From: Harriotta raleighana
Taxonomy: Eukaryota
Assembly: GCA_050575255.1 (NCBI GenBank)
Contig: JBNZDD010013683.1
Span: 2,397,867 to 2,461,866 of the forward strand
DNA: 64,000 nt
Reading direction: 5' to 3'
Shown here piece after piece: positions 23,351 through 35,966 of the stretch (its first letter is position 1; every line of letters begins with the position of its first letter). Below the pieces are notes generated by a model, which made no database searches, had not been told where the DNA came from, and saw only the letters and a program-made list of their open reading frames with translations. A program made the translations under genes and the position numbers.

Positions 23351-26300
23351 TAATATAAAAATTCTGGCAGTCTGCTTCCCTGTAAAGGGTCATACCACAG
23401 GCAATTTTAGAAAGCTATGGACTTAAAAATGGAAAGCTCAGAAAATAAACTTCCACAGGTCGACATAAGTTGCTATTTCTTTACACTCAACAAATTGGAA
23501 TATCTTTCCACAGGAAAATGACTCAATGCCAAACAATGTAAACTCTGTATATTTCTGCATGTACGTTCTTGAGAATACCAGGCAATCTACACTGGATCTT
23601 GACCATAGAATTATCGTATGTATCCATTAAGGGAATAAAACTCAATCAAAATGAGTCGATGTGAAGGCAATCCTCCCATTTATATGTGAAACCATATGTT
23701 GTGCATTTGTATCCATAGAAACGCATTTCTCAGCTAATTTTGAAAATGTAAGGGAGTGGCATTTGCTTTCCCAGTTAAGAGGATTACACACGTACATATT
23801 CAGGATGAAGTATTCCATTTGGTTAAAAAAAAGGGTGAAGAAATAAACATTGTTAATTAACTTTGCTCTCAATACGAAAACATGTCTGCCATCACTGAAT
23901 GGAGCCTTGGTGCAAAAATTGTATATACTGTACCTGGGCATGAATGGAACTTGTGTTTAAATAAAACAAATTATATCCTTAATAAATGGACCAGTTAGGC
24001 TGAGTACAGCAACTCGTGTCAAAGGCAGGAAGCGACATTACAAAAATGGCAATGATATGGCCCAGAAGATAGTTTGTAAATACTTTAGCTTTTAAAAGAA
24101 GTACTTCAAAATCTTTTCCAGAAATACTACAAATAAATAAATACCCCCAAATAGAAAGAAATGGTCAAAAGACCTATTAAACGTAATCATTCTTCACAGT
24201 GAAACAAAATAAGCTAGGCTGTCACGAGGAGCAATGCTGGAGAATCCGCACATCTGTTGCTTTGGAATTATTCAAGCCAGACTCCAGGATTAACTTTTGA
24301 ATGTACATTTGAAGCATGTTATCTGAAGACTTTGGGTGTTTTTCAGATGTTTTCACAGCAATTTCCAGAATACTTCATTTGAAAGAGAAGAAATTGAACA
24401 AACCACATCTTGAAACCAATGAGATACAAATGCAATTTTTATGTACCTTTAAATATCTTTTATGGGCAGTATTAAAATAAATTCTTGTTTTTAGCCTGAC
24501 TACTATATGACTAGTTCTACTCGTAACATGTAGCAAATGATGTATTTTTGTGTATGTGCAAATCGTATGGTAAACCTACATTCCCTGCAGCATGGTACAA
24601 TTTAACTAAGCAAATGTACAGATCATAAGAAACATACAATTCATTCACTGATAGTTTCAAAAGTCAGATCCAATACCTGACCTAGCAGGTATATAATAAT
24701 AACCCATAATAATCAGATACTTTACCTGGAAATTTAGTATTATCATAAAAAAGTAGTATTGTGGTAAAATAAAACTATTTGAAACATAAAATTCACCAGC
24801 GAAGCAAATCAGATCACTTATCTGTATGAACAGGCTTTAAAATTTGTATCCCAGGCTTGAAACACAATCTGAAACCTTTTGTACAACAGCACATGGGAAG
24901 TGAATGAATGCATCACCGGGGTTGTGTTTGTCTCCAATCAATTAAACAAAACGGGCCTTTTCAGGAGCAATAAGAGGGAACTCCAAGGCCTCTTTTCTCA
25001 GTGGAAATCTCAAGACCAAACATGACCAAAAGCATTGCTGCTGCCATCCCAGCCCATAAAAAAAACAAGAAAACTGGAACTGTGGTGGCTTTAAACTTAA
25101 ATTTCCTGGAAAACACATTCTCTATTTCTGGAAAAAGCTTTTGGGTAGAATGCAACTGGGATGTTAAACCCTGTGCATGAGCATCAGAGTTTATTTTTTC
25201 AAAGTAGAAAACGTCTGAGATCGTCACTTTTTGAGTAACCCAAACCACATCTCCACCAGTACAGTGGTGAGTATTAAGGATAGGGTTGGCTGTTTATATT
25301 TTTACCACTACTTTCACCATTCTGCTGATAAAAGACCCATGCACTATAAATGTGGCAGTTTTTAATAAGCAGGAGAGTAAAAACCCCAGAAGCCACTTTT
25401 TAAAGATTGACTGCGTTGACATTTTGAAGCACTTTTGCAATTGGAAGCAGAATTTAAACTCCCAATCATTGCAAATCATACCTTTTAGACAATTCTTTTC
25501 AACTTCACATCATTGACCCATTTGTGCTGTTCGGAGAATGTGTTGTTTTTAAGCAAAACAGTGTCTTACCAGTTTCTGTACACCTACCATATTCAGATTC
25601 AACAATCTGAAGTGAAATTTCAGTGTGGATTTTTCATATATTGTACTGACAAACGGACACGCGTATAACATCATGGAAATTGAAAACATTTTTAATATTT
25701 ACTTGTGAATATTTGGGCTTCAAAAAATTACATTAATCCCTTCCACATTGCGAAAAAAAACTACAAAAATTTGTTACATTTTAATATTGATTTACAAAGA
25801 TTCCATTTTATCTTTTTATAACACGGTGATAATGTACATCCAAACCTATTTACAGAATAAGAATGGTTTAAAAACATGAAGACCACAATTTAAAAACGGC
25901 CAACTTTATTTAAGAGGTAGTTACCATTATTTAAACTGAGTTTAAAAAGCATAACCCCCTTTATATATTTAATCCAATAATTTACAATATGAATTTGAAA
26001 ACGTGTCTTATGCACAGTATCTACAATCCATTCCTGAAAGTTCAGTTTTGGAAGTAATTTTTTTTTGGCATTTCCTAACCTCCTGAGAAACTACCAGTAA
26101 TTAACTCACAAAACGGTATTCATATTTACTTATGCTCTCCATATAGAGTTTCTGTTTATTCTGCAGCGCAGGCAAGTGTTAAGTTACTCAGTAGGGAATG
26201 TGCTGGTGAAGGAACAGTAATACAATCCGGCAGTGAATTTTCCACAAAATGGCAATTTAACTGTAACTGTGAGCAAACAGCTATGAAAAGGACTGTCGTA

Positions 26301-26687
26301 TTTTTTGTATGACTAAGACAGGAAGAATGCACCATAAAAATACTAACAATTTTAAAAAATAAAGTTTTACTCATCCATGTTTACAAACACTGCTGCAAGC
26401 AGAGTCTGCAGTCATACATGCATAATCATGCGCATATAAAAACTCAGACCCACACAAGCACATACACACATACAGACATGCACACGCACACACACACACA
26501 CACAATCTGTTTGGGTAATTCTCCTTTTGCAAGAATACGTGGCTCAATAAACTTACTGAACATTTTTCCCTTTTCTTTGACGACTGACAGATTGAAGAAA
26601 AAGTGCTTCCCAGAAATAAAAGTCCACAAAAGAGTCAATTTGTGTGAAGTGTTCAAACGTGTACCTTTGTGGTATTCTCTCCTGCAG

Positions 26688-27964
26688 TTAGTCTTTGCTC
26701 CGTGGAATATTATACGCATAGTGAACCAAAGGAAATCCCCGACTCTGATAGAAGCAGGCCCTCCCACAGGCCTGGACTTGATCGGAACTGTCCGAAACAA
26801 AGGAGTCTCCCTCGTCAGCATACTCTGAATGAGCAGATTGAGTCCCACAGTCTGACCAGTAGCCACTGGGTCTCTGACAAGGAACTACAGCCAGAGCTGG
26901 GCAGCTGTGTGACTTCACCAAATGTTTACATGTTGAGGGTTTTGTCACGAGCAGTGATTCACAACAGTCACATACGGTGATATTGCCCTGCAAGTGGGAA
27001 TACATCCCACAGTCATAGTAAAACTCCTGGGGCACACAGTCACCTTGAGTATTCACTGAAACGGCTAGCGATTTGTCTTTCTGCTTTGGGCGCCATTTCA
27101 GCATGCTCCAGTCTTCTTTGAAGCGGGGATTGAAGAAAACGTACAGGACAGGATTCAGACAAGCGGGTAGCGGGAAGAAGATTAGAGTGACAGACTTCAT
27201 TATCTCAGGGCTGATGGAGATTGCACTGATAAGTGGCGCGAACGAGAAAAAAGCAACAGGACAGAAGAAAATGCAGTTGGTGAAAATTAACCAGGCCACG
27301 TGCTTAATCATACTGGACTGGGAGCTTTCTGCAAGATCCTCTTTCTCCAAGTTGCAGTACAGCTTTGTGTACACAACTACCATGAGCAGGAAGGCTATCG
27401 AGTTGAGCAAGACCAGAGTTACTGTGTAGCCCAAGGAAGGAGATTCTCCAGTGGGGAAGGGCAGACAAAGAGGAGATGCTGAAAATTCTCCAATGTGAAA
27501 CCATGGCAGGCAAGCTATCACTGCAGCAACCACGACAGCAAGGGAAGCAACTATTCGGAAATGCACCTGTCGATGACTTTTCCCTTTTTTAATTAGGTCA
27601 CGCGTGGTAATGCTCCGTTCAAAAGCCGCTAAAATAAGGAGGAAAATGGACGCTTCGGAAGAGAACATAGCGAGGAATCCAGCCATTTTGCAGCCACTTC
27701 CCATCTCCCACCACGCGCCAAACTGAGCAAATTTCCCCCAAGACATTGCGTCTAGAATCGTCAAGCTACCGGTATAGACTCCCATTAAGAGGTTTGATGT
27801 CGAAATCAGGCCCACAAACAGCTTCGCAGAAGACAGCGGCGCACGTGATGCAAATGTTGTTATGACAACAAGGATGTTGAAAATTAAGGCCACCAGAAAA
27901 ATGAACCACACAGTGAGACGTATCATCCAACTTCCCAGCAAATGTCGGCAAGGCTTGAATGCAC
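26688..27964 (-). CDS. LGR4: LGR4 exon 18: 7TM domain and C-terminal tail
   Basis: caccag|GT GCA TTC AAG CCT TGC...; GAFKPCRHLLGSWMIRLTVW...KHVAWLIFTNCIFFCPVAFFSF...LPACLNPVLYVFFNP...QSRGFPLVHYAYNIPRSKD*. The tail is diagnostic of LGR4 rather than LGR5/6; synteny with CCDC34 agrees. Confidence 0.97.
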
Positions 27965-28137
27965 CTGGTGGAGATAAGATACAAAATTACTAAGAACACT
28001 GTTACCTGAGCATCACTTCTTTACTTAAGGAGTATTTCGTAGTCACATACGCTTCAGAAAATATGACCAAAATAACGTATTCCTTTGCCCTCAAAGTTTC
28101 ATGACATAATTCTTAATCTCTCTCTCTCTCTCCCTCC

Positions 28138-28460
28138 AGAGTCCTGTAGCTCAGTGGTTAGACCACTTGGCGAACAGGCATTAGACCTGTGTTTCGAATC
28201 CAGGCAGGTCAGGGCGAAACTTTGGGCCAGTTTTCTTACTCCACATATCTAATAATAATCTGTCCAAAAAAAACTATCATAAATTGGTCCATTTCAATCC
28301 ACGACTGTTTGTGGGACACTGCATTACCTATCGGTGATTGGCTGCCACGTTTCGCCCACAAAATATACAGAATTCACTTTACAGTATATTCTGTGAAGCG
28401 CTTTGAGACGTCTGGAAGACATGAAAAGTGCTGTATCAAATTAACGATTATATATTATTA
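28138..28460 (+). mobile_element. Full-length tRNA/Deu-SINE
   Basis: gtagctcagtggttagacc...gtttcgaatcc...gattggctgccacgtttcgcccac...gtgaagcgctttgagacgtc tail. Confidence 0.9.
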
Positions 28461-29090
28461 TAGAGAGAGAGAGGGAAAACTGAATAAGGATTAATGGCTC
28501 AAATCTGTAATACTTTAGAACATCAATCAAAATAGGTTCCAGTGACCAAACTCACCATTCTATCTCATCTATGTGGGACATGCGTTCAAACAGGTTATAA
28601 GGACAGAAACATTGCCCGTCCATGCTCTCTTTGGTTAAAATGTGCTACGCTTAAACAGGAGTCGCCAGAAACTAATGCTGCTGGTAAATGTATGTGAAAC
28701 CGACACAAGATTTTCTCTTCTAGAAGAAGTGTATTTAGAGGTTAACAGTTTACACTGAGTGTTTGGTGGTGAAATGGCACCATTCAGATCTAGAAATGAA
28801 GGATTTTAAAAAATACATTCTTCAACAAAATCTATTGTTACAAATAGGGAACTTTAATTGGAGCTCAGTTGAAGATTATGGTTAGAACCTGTTTTTAAAA
28901 TAGCAGTTGTTTTTCTAGCTCAACAACCCAGGGACCAATAACTCATGTGTATTGTGGTTGGCCCACATTGGCCCTGCAAACCTAACTCATTCAAGATGAG
29001 GAACTGTGGTCAAAGATTGATGTGGAGGAGTTTACCTTCTTTCTTATAGACTGACGCTTGGTTACATTACAAAATTCATTTTCACTTAAC

Positions 29091-29308
29091 AACACCAACA
29101 TTACATTTGTAGAGCGCCTTTCACGTCAGGAGTGGGTCCCAAGGTACTGAACAGTGGGGGTGGGGGGTGGTGGTTAAGACCCGAACAAGGGGTGGGGGCA
29201 GGTTTGGGATGAGGGAGGTTCAAAGAGATAGGAGGGCAGCTGAAGAGTCTGGTCGAAAAGAAGAGTCTTGAGTCGGACATTGAAGGCGGCAAGGGAGGCC
29301 GCAGGGGA
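29091..29308 (-). mobile_element. L2-type LINE 3' end
   Basis: Tail plus degenerate ORF2 end; paralogous to 35690-35933. Confidence 0.75.
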
Positions 29309-29727
29309 CTTAAATACTCGATTCAGATTTTACACTGGACTTATTATAAAACAGGTGATGAAAAGTAAGTTAAAATGGTTATTTGCAAGTAATGATCACC
29401 GTGTTGTGTTGCACAGAGCACAAAGCTCTTTTTAGTTGCACTAAAATAATTGCTCCAGTGGTTCCCTAGAGACGTGCGGCAGTTACAAAATAGCATCAAG
29501 TTACTTCTCAGGCATGTCCCTTTGTTTCACGGCCATTTCCTTCTGGGAGAGTTTCTGGAGCTTCACAGAGAAAAGTGGACCATTTCACTTCACCCACAGT
29601 TTCTGTGGTGGAACTCTTTAACGACTGGCACGACCTCCTTCAGAAATAAGCCAGGAGCAACTCTCAGGAATAGTGAGCCCACACAATGCCACAAGCGCAA
29701 ACAAATTTACATTTGGTGTGAAAGTAC

Positions 29728-29799
29728 CTGGAGATGGAGTGCAATGCACTGGAGACTGAATCCTTTCATCTTCTTCGTTTTTAATCTCAGCGCTTTGGC
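29728..29799 (-). CDS. LGR4: LGR4 exon 17
   Basis: cttcag|GC CAA...CCA G|gtactt, 72 nt, phase 1-1. QSAEIKNEEDERIQSPVHCTPSP(G), human recalled as HCTPSTG. Confidence 0.9.
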
Positions 29800-29947
29800 C
29801 TGAAGGTCAAACAAGGGGGGAAGTTAGAGAACTAGTAATTTCAACATCTCAGTTTGTGTGCTATATTCGCAATTCAAAACCATTGGTACTGCTACTGCGT
29901 TTACCCCACATGTTTGGTGGTGAAGTGTTGTCCTATTGTACAGTGTG

Positions 29948-30273
29948 AATAATAAAAATAATCCTTATATCTGAGATAGTGCTTTTCACATTTTATTGAC
30001 GTCTCAAAGTGCTTCACAGAATATTCCTTAACGTGAATTGACAGTATAATTGTGGGCGAAATGCGGCAGCCAATTGCGCACATCAGTGACCCACAAACAG
30101 TCGTGGATTGACCACATTTTTTCTTATTGTGGGATTTTTTTTGGATGGATTATTATTAGGCATGTGTGTGGAGTAAGGAAACTTGCCCAAGGTTTCGCCC
30201 TGATGTGCCTGGATTTGAACACAAGTCTTGCTCTTGTAAAACGAGTGCTCTAACCACTGAACTATAGGAGCTC
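29948..30273 (-). mobile_element. Full-length tRNA/Deu-SINE
   Basis: Reverse complement of the family consensus including the head (ctctaaccactgaactatagg). Confidence 0.9.
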
Positions 30274-30402
30274 GACTGTATATTTTCGGGCGAAATTTGG
30301 CAGCCATGCTGGTTACCTCCCTCCTGAATACATCTGGAATAGGTTTCAGGAGCAGGAAGATTCAGATCCACCAATGTTAAAACATTGTTTTGTGTTCTTT
30401 GT

Positions 30403-30579
30403 ATGTGCCTTCGGCTCCCCCTCTAACTCTTCCCTCTCTCCCAAACTCCTTCCTCTTCCCCTACCCCCGACACCTTGCCCCCCACCCCCTGCTCGAGTCC
30501 CGACCTGACTGTTCAGCACTTTGGGACGTCCTTCCGACGTGAAAGGCGCTATACAAGTGTAATTTTGTTGTTGTTGTTG
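30403..30579 (+). mobile_element. L2-type LINE 3' UTR/tail
   Basis: gccttcggctccccctctaactc...gggacgtccttccgacgtgaaaggcgctatacaagtgtaattt(tgt)n. Confidence 0.8.
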
Positions 30580-31186
30580 TGCCAAGGCAGACATGTCTCA
30601 GCCTCGATTCAAAGAAACGTGAAGTGGGAAGTATAAGGTGGAAACATTCAGCAGATCAATAAATTAGCCAGTAGATTGAAGATAAAACCATCTATCGTCA
30701 TCGAATGGTCATTGCAAATGGCAGTTTCACTCATTTTTATCCAGGCCACAAGATGGAGCACTTCATACTGGTGGTCTCAACATGAGAGAGTGCGAGAACT
30801 GAAACTAGCAGAAAAGAGCCTAAATCGACGGTGGCAGCGGACACACAATGTTCCACACTTTTGCTGGTTGTGGTCGCAATGTGCTTTCACCAAAGCCAGT
30901 TGTTCTCCCACAAATGTTAAAAGCTTGATAGGGGTTGAGTATCCAAAGGGTTAAAATTCCCACAAAATGAATGTGCTCAAAGTTTCTCCCCTCCCAGAAA
31001 TGACTTCTCAAATCTGTTCTTACTCAAGCTGAAAATCAGATCTCTTACAGTAGTTCATATGCCTGCTTCTCTTAGCATCTGCTATGCCCGATGACCTGGC
31101 TGAAACTGGCATCTTGCCATTTTTTAAGCTGGACCTAGACAGTTTCTAAAGCTTTAGGAATAGTTCATGAGCATGCCTGGGCTTAC

Positions 31187-31311
31187 CAGTGTTCTTCTCT
31201 AATAAAGGATTCTTGTTTTCCTGTTTTCTGACATCTTCGGAGTTTGAGGGCAGGCATGAATCACAGCCATTAAATGCACAGCACTGGTATGCGTAAGGAA
31301 CCATTAAAGTT
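31187..31311 (-). CDS. LGR4: LGR4 exon 16 (LRRCT/hinge)
   Basis: tttcag|A ACT...ACT G|gtaagc. TLMVPYAYQCCAFNGCDS... carries the PYAYQCCAF motif. Confidence 0.95.
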
Positions 31312-31948
31312 CTGAAAATACAGTAATTTTTATTTCATTTTTAAAAAGCACATTTTAATTCATATTACAAAGGCTGGGCGATAAAATTGGCCATTAATGA
31401 AACTACACTGCAAAAGAGAGGACGTTGTCCTGTTTATCTCAATTACTGTGTGCTCATTACTCTATGGTAGCTTGGGTTGCTATGAGATATTTCCTTCTAA
31501 GAATGATAAATTTCCCCAGACCTGAGACTGATCAGGCAAGGAGGAATGTTATGGGTCAGTGATACTCACCTGCAGAGTTATGTTTGTCTTGAAACAGTGA
31601 AGGGATTGTCATGGGTATGATTTAAGTTTTGACAGGAGGACAATCTGACAATACTGCAGCACTAACTCAAACCCAAACATTATTTCATCAAGAATGTCTA
31701 ATAAGATATCACACTGATGAAGTCTTATACATAGGCGTTGGATTTGGTATTGCAAGCTATGTTTCGACAAGCAGCTCAACACTCAAAACATTTTCTCCGT
31801 TTCCCCTGTGCGAGCGTTTGCAATGAAAATACCACGCAAAGGGCTTCAGGTCAGATGTGTTTAATTATGATGTGTTTTGTTACTTCATGCAAGGCTCAAG
31901 GCAGTGAAATACAAACGCTGAAGTCAACAGAGAAGAGTAAATTGGTAC

Positions 31949-32074
31949 CTAAGCTTTCGCAGATCCTCTGCTACGAGTAGCTCCTTCAATTCGGGGTTCC
32001 CAGTGAGTTTGAGTTGGTTGAGTCCTTCCAGCCCGGATGTTGGGAAATAACTCAACTGATTGGAACTTACGTCT
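31949..32074 (-). CDS. LGR4: LGR4 exon 15
   Basis: 126 nt, AG/GT flanks. DVSSNQLSYFPTSGLEGLNQLKLTGNPELKELLVAEDLRKL. Confidence 0.95.
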   Translation of the reverse strand, partial: RRKFQSVELFPNIRAGRTQPTQTHWEPRIEGATRSRGSAKA

Positions 32075-32495
32075 CTGAACAAAGAATAAATGAACTTGAA
32101 CCAATGCACAAGTGGATTGGTACACTGGGTACAATATTTTCCTCGTTCATAATTATAATTTTGACTCTAAAGTAGTACAGTATAACTGTAATTACTATAT
32201 TACACAAGCTTCAATAAAGCCTTTAGACTAGTCGACCACTGTCAAATTGCATATGTTAAGCAAAAACATTTTGTCGCTAATTAATCGGCATCCAATTTTG
32301 TTTGAAAAAATAGCTATAATTACACTTTTCCTCTATCTATCTAACCTAGATTTAAGGCGAAGAGCTCAAAATCAAACATATACTAAGTTAAATAATTAAT
32401 TTGTTCCAATATTGGACATTACTTTAAATTTAAAATAATCAATGAAATAAAAGTTACAAGAGATCCAACAGCTTGAAACAACTAAGGTTACTTAC

Positions 32496-32567
32496 AAGTT
32501 GATCAGTTCAGACAAAGAGATGAATGCATTCTTGTGTATTGTGGAGATTTGGTTTTTACTTAGGTCA
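32496..32567 (-). CDS. LGR4: LGR4 exon 14 (LRR)
   Basis: 72 nt, phase 2-2, ttacag|...|gtaagt. DLSKNQISTIHKNAFISLSELINL. Confidence 0.93.
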
Positions 32568-32689
32568 CTGTAAAAGAAAGAGAAAATAAAATACCAATAA
32601 TATATGACTTTAAACAGGAAGAAATGGATTTCATTCAGACTTTATTAAACCTATCATTAAACCTAACTCACTGAATTACAAAATAAAAT

Positions 32690-33000
32690 GCATTATATAC
32701 GTCTCCTTATACCTCAAAAGTGCTTCAGTGTGAGTTTAGTTGAGTGTATTCACTGTGACATGAGCAAACACTACTAATCTGTGCAAGCAACAGCAACTTC
32801 CAATTGATCCGGTTTTTCGTGACTTTGCATGAGAGAAGGACGTTGTCCATGGAAAACTCCATGCTCTTTTTTGAAATAGTGCCAGAGGAGTTTTAACAGA
32901 TCCTAAACCATTCGAATGCGGAGTCTGGATCTCAAGTTTACAGTTTCATTCAACAACATAACTCTTCACAGTGCTGTGCTGCAGAGTCAGTCTAGATTAC
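32690..33000 (-). mobile_element. Old, diverged Deu-domain SINE
   Basis: aactccatgctcttttttgaaatagtgccagagg...tcaagtttacagtttcattc resembles the reverse Deu core. Similar old copies at about 58330-58630 (-), 62420-62720 (-), and a head at about 10830-10925 (+). Confidence 0.55.
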
Positions 33001-33448
33001 TAAATTTACAGGTGAATGACAGGCACGACACTTTACTCCAACAACTGAGCAAGTGTAATTTAAGTCTACTTTCAGTATTACTGTCATAAGGAATGCCAGA
33101 AATGGAACTTTAGAAGGAGATTCCAGTGTCGGATCCATTTCCTATACACAAACAAACATCACACCAGTTTCTTAATAGCTTTAAGACACAACATTCACGT
33201 CTAGTATTTCAAACAAGCCTCCCGTACCTGCACAAATCAAAAGTTCAAGCAAGCACTAGCACATGATCAGGGTATAAAAATGTCAGGAGTAGGTCTACAG
33301 CAATGCTTTCTCTTTGACTGGTCATACCTCAGCTTATGAGATAAAGCGTTTCATCTGTCACGCATGATTAACAGAAGTCTAGGTTATGGTTTTGTAAAGA
33401 AAAAAAATGAACAGAATGATTGGAAGAGAAAAAAACGCACACACTCAC

Positions 33449-33520
33449 AGCAAGTGGAGAGAAGCCAGGCCGTGGAAAGTATCTAACTTGATCTCTTTGA
33501 TTTCATTGTGCTTCAAGGAA
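33449..33520 (-). CDS. LGR4: LGR4 exon 13 (LRR)
   Basis: 72 nt, phase 2-2, tcgcag|...|gtgagt. SLKHNEIKEIKLDTFHGLASLHLL. Confidence 0.93.
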
Positions 33521-35503
33521 CTGCGAAGACAGAATATTTTGAAACATTTTTAACCAAAGCACAACTATAAACAGGGAAAAAAAAATCATACTTCAAAAAA
33601 TTTTTAGTTAAGAAATATATAGAGAAAAGTGAATGCTTGATCTCAGTCTTCACAGCAACTCAGGAATAAGCTTCTTAATTCGAACTAAAGTCATTTCAGG
33701 CAGCAGAATCTTGCTGAAGCATTTGTCAATCGTTATGTTGTATATACATACCCTACTGTTAAATATTGCTGCACTGAAGGTAATAAAAGCGATAACTTAC
33801 CTCTGGTCTAATGAAACAATACTTCAATTCCTTTATTACCAGCACAGTCGCTGCACTTAAAGCAAATCTACTCTTGTGCTTTATTGCAGTTATGTGAGGA
33901 ATGACCCCATTGCCCTTGGACTCTGCGTCCATGTCATAACTGGTAGTGACTGAAAGCAGTTCTGCCTTCCTGATCCATTCACTCGAAAACCTCTCACTAA
34001 ATCCAGTTTAACTTCAACTCAATAGCACACTGCAATTTAATCAATAATTTGTATTTATATCAAAAGTTTAATACCTTAACCCCCATACTATTCTGTTGCC
34101 ATTTCCCTCCACTGGTAGTTTGTTACAGTCCTTGCATCAATGCAACAATTGAGCAATAATCCGATAAATTTCTGTGATGTAAATTTCTAATGTAATCCAC
34201 AACCTTTCACGATCAAGTTACACAAATGTTCAACCCAGACATTGTCAAAATTGGAACATCATGTCATTCTCCAAATCAGCACTGTGAACAATGTGAGCAA
34301 CAAATCTGAATGGTTTCTCTTCACAGTTCTGCAGGTTATTCATTGAGGTTTGGCCTACGGATATTGTAACCAGAGTTTGGTTCACACAAACCTTGCACAC
34401 ACCAGCCCATCGCTGTGAACCATACTGAAAGCAGAAACCCTTCCCTGTAGGCAATGCAACTCTAAACTAACTTCTCAACTGCAGCGTACGAGAACAGTTC
34501 AGTCACTGCAGGAACCGTATTTAACAACAGGCCATGTTTACAAACCATGCCAGCCTTCCTCGATGAAAGTGTAACAGCAACTTGGTGGTACTGGCCCACT
34601 CAAAAATAGTGTTGCAGTGTTAACACAGAAGGAAAGAGACTGAAAACCTCTTCTTTTTTTAACTTAAGTATGGATTTTACTTTTTGTGGAGTTGCAAGCC
34701 TGTAAGCTTCTGCCCGATTGTATTCCTGGCTAAAGTTCTCGTAGACCATGAGTAATCTACTCTTGGTTCAGAGAATCAAGAGGGAGAGGACAATGCAGTC
34801 TGTCTGTCAACCTGGTTGAAGGCCTCACAGTATAGTAGGTGACTATTTTCTCTCTGTTATCCTTTTCCAAGAAAAAAAATACTGTATAAATACATAACCC
34901 ATATACAAACAAAAAGGATCGCTGACACCCAGCTGAAACTGGAGACAAAGAGTATTCTTTGCAGTTCTGTGGGAACCAACCACAACGTATAAGTAGTCTA
35001 AATAATGTGTAATGATTTAAGTCCTTTGATAAGACAATATCCATTACATCTCCACATTAACCTCATTGTTATATTAATATAAACACAACAGAAGCAAGCC
35101 AGCCCACCTCTGGGGCATGTGGTACAGTTAAAAACAAACATTCAACAATTCCGCTGGCATTTATCCACTGAGTGTTCACTCATACACCTGCTTACAATTG
35201 AAAATGGAATGAAAGCTGAAACCAACACATCTTCGTGAGCCAATAACATTTATTCATCTCATCAAAACATCAACTCAGTACTGTGGGTACCAGAAATTCT
35301 ACTAAAAGTATAAAGAAAGTATATATCACACATCGGTTTACTCATCCGAATGCAAAAATCCTTTCTGTAGTCCAGGTACACAGAAAGATGATTGAGTATA
35401 TCATCCCACTGTAATAGATTACACATTGTACAACAAGGCAAGAAAGGATTGTGTATGAGCTTCCTATCATTGTGGTGTGTTATAATCATATATTTAATAT
35501 TCT

Positions 35504-35966
35504 CTGGAATTCTCTCCACCAAAAGGTCATAGATGTTGGATCCATCCACACCTTCAAGAGTGAGGTTGCTAGATTTTTGGTAGGTTAGTGTATTAAGGGA
35601 TATGGGGAGAAAGTGGGAAATTAGAATCGAAAAGTTTAGTTGAGGTACAGATTAGCCATGATCTAATTAAATGGCAGAACAGGCTGGAACAATAACAACA
35701 ACAAAAAATTACACTTGTATAGCGTCTTTCACATCGAGAAGACGTCCCAAAGCACTGAACCAATCAGGTCGGGACCCGAGCAGGGGTCGTGACCCGAGCA
35801 GGGGTCGGGGAGGGGGAAGGAAAGTGGGAGAGGGGGAAGAGTTAGAGGGGGAGCTGAAGGCGCAGTCGTAGAAGAAAGTCTTGAGACCGGCCTTGAAGGA
35901 GGAAAGGGAGGAAGCAAGGCGGAGGGACCGCGGGATGGAAGGGCTGAATGGCCTACTCCTGTTCCT
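35504..35966 (+). mobile_element. CR1 LINE 3' end interrupted by an antisense L2 fragment
   Basis: CR1 ORF2 end/3'UTR (tggaattctct...ttaagggatatgggg...agccatgatctaattaaatggcagaacaggctggaa) resumes after 35934 as gggctgaatggcctactcctgttcct. Confidence 0.75.
35690..35933 (-). mobile_element. L2 LINE 3' end (ORF2 C-terminus and 3'UTR)
   Basis: Minus-strand translation SIPRSLRLASSLSSFKAGLKTFFYDCAFS matches the L2 ORF2 C-terminal pattern, followed by the (ttg)n tail. Confidence 0.85.

Noticed and set aside
26418-27513. Antisense and alternative-frame ORFs overlapping LGR4 exon 18
   Set aside because: Expected shadow ORFs of a long coding exon and a CA repeat; no independent coding evidence.
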